Of a stretch of DNA of 64,000 bases, positions 58,212-64,000 are shown one piece after another (the stretch's first letter is position 1; each line of letters starts with the position of its first letter). The DNA is from an uncultured Lentisphaerales bacterium. GTDB lineage: Bacteria; Verrucomicrobiota; Lentisphaeria; JABSQK01; UBA12247. The translations under genes were made by a program, and so were the position numbers. A model generated the notes under the pieces. The model was not told the DNA's origin and ran no database searches. It saw only the letters and a program-made list of their open reading frames with translations. Location: contig CALSSJ010000012.1 of the NCBI GenBank assembly GCA_943788985.1, positions 128,001 to 192,000 of the forward strand. Reading direction: 5' to 3'.

Positions 58212-58332
58212 CCTCGCTCTCCGGAAATATTTTGCCTTTGTATCTTTTACCCTTTTCGTTCGCACTGCCATGTTGCCGTGAAGAGTGGGGAGTTTCGGAT
58301 TACCCTCCAAGCCTGCGCGTTGCAAACGTCGG

Positions 58333-58360
58333 TTGACAAGTTACCAGAGATCACCATAGT
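58333..58360 (+). promoter_or_regulatory. Possible sigma70 promoter for the sulfatase pair
   Basis: TTGACA-16nt-CATAGT. Confidence 0.35.
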
Positions 58361-58433
58361 TAAACGTGTTGTATCTCAGGTGGCCTTTCTGCCGTGGGTT
58401 CTTCACCGCCTGCTGTAGGTTACTGAGTCCGTT

Positions 58434-59813
58434 ATGTTGACAACAAGGAGCAGCCCATTGAGAAACCATCTTTTCCTATTGCTAACGATTCTGGTCGTCT
58501 GGGCGGCAGGCGCCGAATCACAGAAGCCAAACATTGTGGTCTTCCTTGCTGATGACATGGGCTGGGGCGATTCGTCCCCCTATGGCCACCCGCTGGTGAA
58601 GAGTCCCAACTTGGACAAACTTGCCGCCGAGGGCGTGAAGCTTACCCAGTGCTACTCGGCATCGGGCGTCTGCTCACCATCGCGCTCAGCTATTCTTACC
58701 GGGCGGACTCCGTATCGCAATGGCGTCTGGCGCCATTTGTCTGGGAATCACGAAGCCCACCTGCGGGCCAGCGAGATTACCTATCCTGAGCTGCTCAAGG
58801 GTATTGGCTACGAGACTTGCCATGTCGGCAAGTGGCATCTTAACTCGAAGCAGCAGTTCAACACGCCCGACTTCCCTCAGCCCGGAGACCACGGCTACGA
58901 TCACTACATGTTCACGCACAACAACGCCAGCCCCAGCCACAAGGACCCCGACAACTTTGTACGTAATGGCGAGCCTCTCGGCGAGATGGAGGGCTACTCC
59001 GCGACTCTCGTCGCCACAGAAGCAGTGCGCTGGCTCAAGGAGGTGCGCGATTCGAGCAAGCCTTTCGTCCTCTCAATTTGGGTGCACGAACCGCACAAGC
59101 CGATCGCTACCGACCCCCGATTTGCCGGGCAGTACGACGGGCACAAGAATAGCGTCTACATGGGCAATATCACGCAACTCGACAATGCCCTGGGCATGGT
59201 CATGGCAGAGTTGGATGCGCAGAAGGTCAGCGACAATACACTACTGATGTTCAGCTCCGACAACGGCCCGATTGCTGGCGTCGGCGGTAGTTCTGGCGGC
59301 TTGCGCGGCGGCAAGCGAAGCGATCACGAGGGAGGAATTCGCGTACCCGGCATTGTCCGCTGGCCTGGGCAGATCAAGCCTGGCACGGTCAGTGATGTCC
59401 CTGTGATTGGCTCCGATGTCTTTGCCACTGTGCTCGACATGGTCGGCATCCCGCTGCCGACGGATCGCACGATCGACGGCGTCAGCATGCTGCCCGCCTT
59501 TCAAGGTAAGCCAGTGAAGCGCAAGGTCCCGCTCTTCTGGCGTACCCACGTCTCGGGAGCCGATAATCGGGTTGCTCTGCGCGTGGGCGACTGGAAGATC
59601 GTCGGCAACGACACCATGACCGAGTTTCAGCTCTTTGAGATTCAGAAGGACTGGAAGGAAGAAAACGACCTCATGGCCAAGATGCCAGAAAAGGCCGAGG
59701 AGCTGAAGAAGATCCTGTTCAAGGTCTGGCAAGATATCGAGACGGAAGGGCCGAGCGAATGGTGGAAGGCCGAACGTGCTAGGCCCATGCGCGGCGCAAC
59801 ACTGAACTACTGA
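58434..59813 (+). CDS. Secreted Cys-type (FGly) sulfatase
   Basis: Signal peptide; ADDMGWGD; CSPSRSAILTG; GKWHL; SDNG. Confidence 0.95.
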   Translation: MLTTRSSPLRNHLFLLLTILVVWAAGAESQKPNIVVFLADDMGWGDSSPYGHPLVKSPNLDKLAAEGVKLTQCYSASGVCSPSRSAILTGRTPYRNGVWRHLSGNHEAHLRASEITYPELLKGIGYETCHVGKWHLNSKQQFNTPDFPQPGDHGYDHYMFTHNNASPSHKDPDNFVRNGEPLGEMEGYSATLVATEAVRWLKEVRDSSKPFVLSIWVHEPHKPIATDPRFAGQYDGHKNSVYMGNITQLDNALGMVMAELDAQKVSDNTLLMFSSDNGPIAGVGGSSGGLRGGKRSDHEGGIRVPGIVRWPGQIKPGTVSDVPVIGSDVFATVLDMVGIPLPTDRTIDGVSMLPAFQGKPVKRKVPLFWRTHVSGADNRVALRVGDWKIVGNDTMTEFQLFEIQKDWKEENDLMAKMPEKAEELKKILFKVWQDIETEGPSEWWKAERARPMRGATLNY

Positions 59814-59833
59814 GAAACAGAGAGCTGACTCCT

Positions 59834-61279
59834 ATGAAATACTTCCCTACCCGCATCGCCTTAGCTGTCTGCTTCGTCTGCGGCATCGCGTCCGCCGAGG
59901 CTACCAAGCCGAACGTGCTCTTCATCTTTGCCGATGATATGAGCTACGAAACCATTGGTGCTCACGGCATGCTGGATATCGATACGCCGCATCTCGACAC
60001 CTTGGTCGAACGCGGCGCGACCTTTACCCACGCTTACAACATGGGGGCCTGGGGCGGCGCGGTGTGCGTCGCCAGCCGCGCGATGCTTAACACCGGACGC
60101 TTCCTCTGGAACTCCCAGAAGACCGACTTGAAGAGCTACTGCGCAGACAATCTGATGTGGTCGCAGCGGATGAAGCAGGCTGGCTACCAGACCTACATGA
60201 CCGGAAAATGGCATGTACCTGTCAGCGCGCCGGGGATTTTTGATGTGGCTAAAAACGTGCGTGCTGGCATGCCGAAGGGGAGTGGCTATGACCGCCCGAA
60301 GGACGCGGCAGCCTATGCCGCGGGCTGGAAGCCCTGGGAAACGAAGTACGGGGGCTATTGGGCTGGCGGTAAGCACTGGAGCGAGGTCGTCGCGGACGAT
60401 AGCGTTGCATTTCTCGAACAGGCCGCAGATGATGACAAGCCCTTCTTCATGTACTTGGCCTTCAACGCGCCCCACGACCCACGCCAAGCGCCCAAGGATT
60501 ACATCGACCGCTATCCGCTCGAACGCATCAAGGTGCCGGAGAATTTTCTTGAAGAGTATCCCCACGCCGACGCTGGCTATGGCAAGCGCCTGCGCGACGA
60601 GCGGCTGATGCCCTATCCACGCACAGAGTTTGCCGTGAAGGTCAATCGCCAGGAATACTTCGCTCTCATCACCCACATGGACGTCCAGATCGGGCGTATC
60701 CTCGCTGCCTTGGAGACGTCCGGAAAAGCCGACAACACCTACATCGTCTTCACTGCTGATCACGGGCTTGCGGTTGGGCACCACGGCATGTCTGGCAAGC
60801 AGAACATGTACGACCACAGCGTGCGCGTCCCTTTCATGGTGGTCGGGCCCACCGTTAAGGCAGGCTCGAAAGTCGATGCACCGATCTACTTGCAGGATGT
60901 CATGGCCACCTCGCTGGAGTTGGCTGGTGGCTCTCAGGATGGTGTTGCCTTCAAGAGTCTACTGCCCATGCTGCAAGGGAAAAACACGGCGCACTACGAC
61001 ACCATTTACGGTGCCTACATGGGGCGGCAGCGCATGATCAGCAAAGACGGCTGGAAGCTGATCGTTTACCCCACGGTCGGTGCGAGCCGCCTGTTCAACC
61101 TCACGAAAGACTCTAACGAGATGGTGGATCTGGCTGGTAATCCAGAATACGCCACCAAACTCCAGCAGCTTACTGCTCAGTTGGAAACCATGATGGACGA
61201 GATGAACGACCCCATGTCTTCGCTCACCGCTGGTGACTTTCCCGAGGCAAGGCCTAAGAAAAAAGCAAAACACGAATGA
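59834..61279 (+). CDS. Secreted Cys-type sulfatase (CxAxR variant)
   Basis: Signal peptide; FADD; CVASRAMLNTG; GKWH; APHDP; ADHG; GKQN. Confidence 0.95.
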   Translation: MKYFPTRIALAVCFVCGIASAEATKPNVLFIFADDMSYETIGAHGMLDIDTPHLDTLVERGATFTHAYNMGAWGGAVCVASRAMLNTGRFLWNSQKTDLKSYCADNLMWSQRMKQAGYQTYMTGKWHVPVSAPGIFDVAKNVRAGMPKGSGYDRPKDAAAYAAGWKPWETKYGGYWAGGKHWSEVVADDSVAFLEQAADDDKPFFMYLAFNAPHDPRQAPKDYIDRYPLERIKVPENFLEEYPHADAGYGKRLRDERLMPYPRTEFAVKVNRQEYFALITHMDVQIGRILAALETSGKADNTYIVFTADHGLAVGHHGMSGKQNMYDHSVRVPFMVVGPTVKAGSKVDAPIYLQDVMATSLELAGGSQDGVAFKSLLPMLQGKNTAHYDTIYGAYMGRQRMISKDGWKLIVYPTVGASRLFNLTKDSNEMVDLAGNPEYATKLQQLTAQLETMMDEMNDPMSSLTAGDFPEARPKKKAKHE

Positions 61280-61477
61280 TAACGCCCTGGGAATGGTGAA
61301 GCCGCGAAAGAACGCAATGAACTAGGAAATAGGATGAATTGTGTGCAGCTTAATTTGGTCTTTGTGGTGGGCCTTGCGTGTGGGGGGGCACCGCGCTCGC
61401 TAGCGGTGCCTGCGCTGTGCTCAGCAGAACGAACCAAGTATCTCGACAATTGAATCAGGACCGCCAAGTATCTGAGC

Positions 61478-61506
61478 TTGCCATTCCAGGCGTATAGCAC
61501 TAGAAT
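61478..61506 (+). promoter_or_regulatory. Sigma70-like promoter
   Basis: TTGCCA-17nt-TAGAAT; ATG 61514 follows 7 nt after the -10 box. Confidence 0.5.
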
Positions 61507-61513
61507 CATAGGT

Positions 61514-61939
61514 ATGAAGCAAACTCTCTCGATAAACCGCGCGCTCGCCGTGAGTGGCTGTGCCCTGATGCTGGTCGGACAACTGCTGGCGTCCATCACG
61601 TGTCTGTCCGTGTGCTCATTCCCGGCGACGGCCCGCTCGGCGTCGGATGCCGTGCCTTGCAGCTCCTGCTGCAGTGCCCCGGCCCCGCAAACATCGGCAA
61701 CCACTTCGACGCTGACGCCCTGTAAGGATTGCCCGATGCCGTGCTGTGTGAACACGGACCAAGAGCAATTGAATGCGGCGCTTCAGAACCACCGCGTTGC
61801 CAGTCCGGCAGTGGTCACGCTCTCGACGAAAGTACGTTGGGCTGGCCCGCAGCCCAAGGTTCGGACGAGTCCCCAATTCTTGCCCCCCGCCTCGCCGCCC
61901 CCTCCGCTCTACCGAATGCACTGCGCCCTGTTGACCTGA
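61514..61939 (+). CDS. Small Cys-rich exported/membrane protein upstream of the efflux operon
   Basis: Hydrophobic N-terminus; CSSCC, CKDCPMPCC; C-terminal PPASPPPPLYRMHCALLT. Confidence 0.7.
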   Translation: MKQTLSINRALAVSGCALMLVGQLLASITCLSVCSFPATARSASDAVPCSSCCSAPAPQTSATTSTLTPCKDCPMPCCVNTDQEQLNAALQNHRVASPAVVTLSTKVRWAGPQPKVRTSPQFLPPASPPPPLYRMHCALLT

Positions 61940-62007
61940 TAGCCGGATGCCTCGCTCGCATCCCGTCCCCCCGAACGCTATCCGCTATCAATCAACAGGA
62001 GAGCCGC

Positions 62008-63543
62008 ATGTCCTCATCCAATCTTCTGGACCTACAATCTGAGTCGCCCAGCCGGCCCGCTCCGCGGCCGCGCATTCGTTGGTGGTCCCGAGTCCTCGTC
62101 CCAGCTATTCTTTTTCTTAGTGTCGCACTGCTGCTCATTGCCGCGACTTGGCAACACTTTGTACCTGCGCAAGCCGTCCGCGTCGAGACGGCGATTGCCA
62201 AGCAGGTCGGTGACCGCGCCCGGGCCAGTTCTGTGGTGCAGGCCGCGGGCTGGCTAGAGGCGTTTCCCTACCAGACGCATATCACCGCCCTGGCCGATGG
62301 CGTTGCCAAGGAAATTTTCGTGCTCGAAGGCGACTCTGTAAAAGCCGGTCAAGCCGTCGCCCAGCTGGATCCCGCGGACGCTGAGTTTGCTGTGCGTAAA
62401 TCCCGGGCCGAACTCGCTGCTCGCAAGGCCTCGCTGCAGAAGGCCAGCGTCCGTTTAGAGGCTGCTCGCCAGACGTGGGAGCATCCCGTCGCTCTGGAAC
62501 AAGCCAAGGCAAGCAGCGCCGCAAGTGTTCGCGAGCAGCAGTCGATGATTGCCGAGATGGAAGCGCGTATTGCCGAACAGATCGCTGTCATGAATCAGGC
62601 AAAACGCGATGCGGAACGCGTTAAGGGCATGGTGGCAGACGACGTTGTGAGTGCGCAGAATGGCGAGCAAGCACAGGCAATATTCGCCGCAGAACGCGCC
62701 GGTTTGGATGCCTTGACGCGTAGCCTAGCGGCCGCCAACGACCGGGTCGAGCGCCTTGCTATTGACCACACAGCCGCGACCGAAAACCTGGAGTTGCGCA
62801 TCTTGGATCGCCAGGAAGTCGATGAAGCCAAAGCCGAACTTAGCCAAGCCGAGGCAGCCGTGGTCCTGGCCGAAGCGGAACTGGCCGATGCTGATCTCCA
62901 GCTCCGGCGGATGACGATTCTATCCCCAATCGACGGGGTCGTAGTCACCCGTCATAAATCCCCGGGGGACAAGGTGATGCGCCACATGGACCACCCGCGT
63001 TCGGCGACCATAGTAAGTCTCTACGATCCCGCGCAGCTGCAGGTTCGCGTCGACGTGCCGCTGGCTGATGCCGGGCAGATTGGCGTCGGCCAAGACTGTG
63101 AGATCACCACCGACGTGATGCCCAACCGCAGCTTCGCGGGCAAGGTCGTGCGCATTCTCCACGAGGCAGACATCCAGAAGAACACGCTCCAGGCCAAGGT
63201 CGCCATCGCCGAGCCCAGCCCGGAATTGCGCCCTGAAATGCTCTGCCGCATTCGCTTCCTCGCTCAGGCAGCGTCAGAGAACGAACCCGCGACGATCCAC
63301 ATCCGGACCTTCGTTCCCCAGCGCGCTATCGCCAATGGCCAGGTCTGGCTGGCCCAGATGACGACTGACCGCTTCGCCACCGTGAACCCCGTTTCGGCCA
63401 CGGGAGGCTTGGAGTTGGAGGGCTGGCGCGTCGTCGATGGCGTCCACGCCGGCGCCTTGGTTATCGTCGATCCCCCCTCCGATCTCGAAGCTGGGCAACG
63501 GGTTCGCGTCATTGACTCCTCTGGCATCACGAGGCAGCCATGA
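62008..63543 (+). CDS. Efflux membrane-fusion (HlyD/MacA-like) protein
   Basis: AGGAG RBS; TM; lipoyl halves (VLEGDSVKAGQ, ILSPIDGVV); long coiled coil. Confidence 0.9.
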   Translation: MSSSNLLDLQSESPSRPAPRPRIRWWSRVLVPAILFLSVALLLIAATWQHFVPAQAVRVETAIAKQVGDRARASSVVQAAGWLEAFPYQTHITALADGVAKEIFVLEGDSVKAGQAVAQLDPADAEFAVRKSRAELAARKASLQKASVRLEAARQTWEHPVALEQAKASSAASVREQQSMIAEMEARIAEQIAVMNQAKRDAERVKGMVADDVVSAQNGEQAQAIFAAERAGLDALTRSLAAANDRVERLAIDHTAATENLELRILDRQEVDEAKAELSQAEAAVVLAEAELADADLQLRRMTILSPIDGVVVTRHKSPGDKVMRHMDHPRSATIVSLYDPAQLQVRVDVPLADAGQIGVGQDCEITTDVMPNRSFAGKVVRILHEADIQKNTLQAKVAIAEPSPELRPEMLCRIRFLAQAASENEPATIHIRTFVPQRAIANGQVWLAQMTTDRFATVNPVSATGGLELEGWRVVDGVHAGALVIVDPPSDLEAGQRVRVIDSSGITRQP

Positions 63544-64000
63544 GCTTCATACTCTGTCGCGACATTCGTCGTATCTATCGCCGCGGTGACGCGGAGATCA
63601 AGCCACTAGACGGCCTCAGCCTCGACGTCCAAAAGGGCGAGTTTTTGGCCCTAATGGGGCCGAGCGGGAGCGGCAAGACGACGCTGCTCAACCTCATCGC
63701 CGGGATCGACCAGCCCACCTCCGGGCAGCTGATCATCGACGGCAATGACATCTCCACGCTCTCTGCTGGCAAGCTGGCACGCTGGCGCTCGTCCTACATC
63801 GGTTACGTGTTTCAACTCTACAACCTCATTCCCGTGCTGACCGCCTACGAAAATGTGGAAGTGCCGCTGCTGCTTCAGTCGCTCAGCAAGCGCGAACGCC
63901 ACGAACGCGTCGCGGCTGCGCTGGACCTGACAAACATCGCCGACCGTCACGATCACTATCCTCGCCAGCTATCCGGCGGCCAGGAGCAGCGTGTGGCCAT
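63540..64000 (+). CDS. ABC transporter ATP-binding protein (MacB/LolD-like), runs off the window
   Basis: ATG 63540 (ATGA overlap); GPSGSGKTT, GYVFQLYNL, LSGGQEQRVA. Confidence 0.92.
   Translation, partial: MSFILCRDIRRIYRRGDAEIKPLDGLSLDVQKGEFLALMGPSGSGKTTLLNLIAGIDQPTSGQLIIDGNDISTLSAGKLARWRSSYIGYVFQLYNLIPVLTAYENVEVPLLLQSLSKRERHERVAAALDLTNIADRHDHYPRQLSGGQEQRVA

Noticed and set aside
1..64000. CRISPR arrays, tRNA, rRNA, intact transposases
   Set aside because: No regularly spaced repeats, cloverleaf-like segments or transposase motifs seen by eye; an Infernal/tRNAscan run would be needed to exclude small RNAs

Overview
GC-rich bacterial chromosomal window. Gene content (sulfatases, Ser/Thr kinase-LRR proteins, DUF4159/prenyltransferase-repeat protein, System II cytochrome c biogenesis) points to the PVC superphylum, probably Lentisphaeria-like; this is an inference. 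About 36 intact genes, 4 genes broken by a single +1 base, and about 7 decayed gene remnants. No rRNA, tRNA, CRISPR array or intact transposase was seen. Main blocks: amtB-glnK; four adjacent Hanks-type kinase genes, three with altered catalytic motifs; a membrane protein / RuvC-like / SirB1-HspQ operon; dTDP-3-amino-sugar genes; lipoprotein-resB-ccsA; three large unknown proteins, two of them tandem paralogs; an M16 peptidase-dehydrogenase-lplA-clpX-like operon; a DeoR polyol operon; a higher-GC AraC-controlled cassette (two Gfo/Idh/MocA, TIM-barrel isomerase, Thr-type sulfatase-like hydrolase, sulfotransferase); two sulfatases; and a Cys-rich ORF ahead of an ABC efflux system. Several MITE/REP-like palindromes lie in intergenic DNA. 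All family calls are by motif recognition only; no database search was run.
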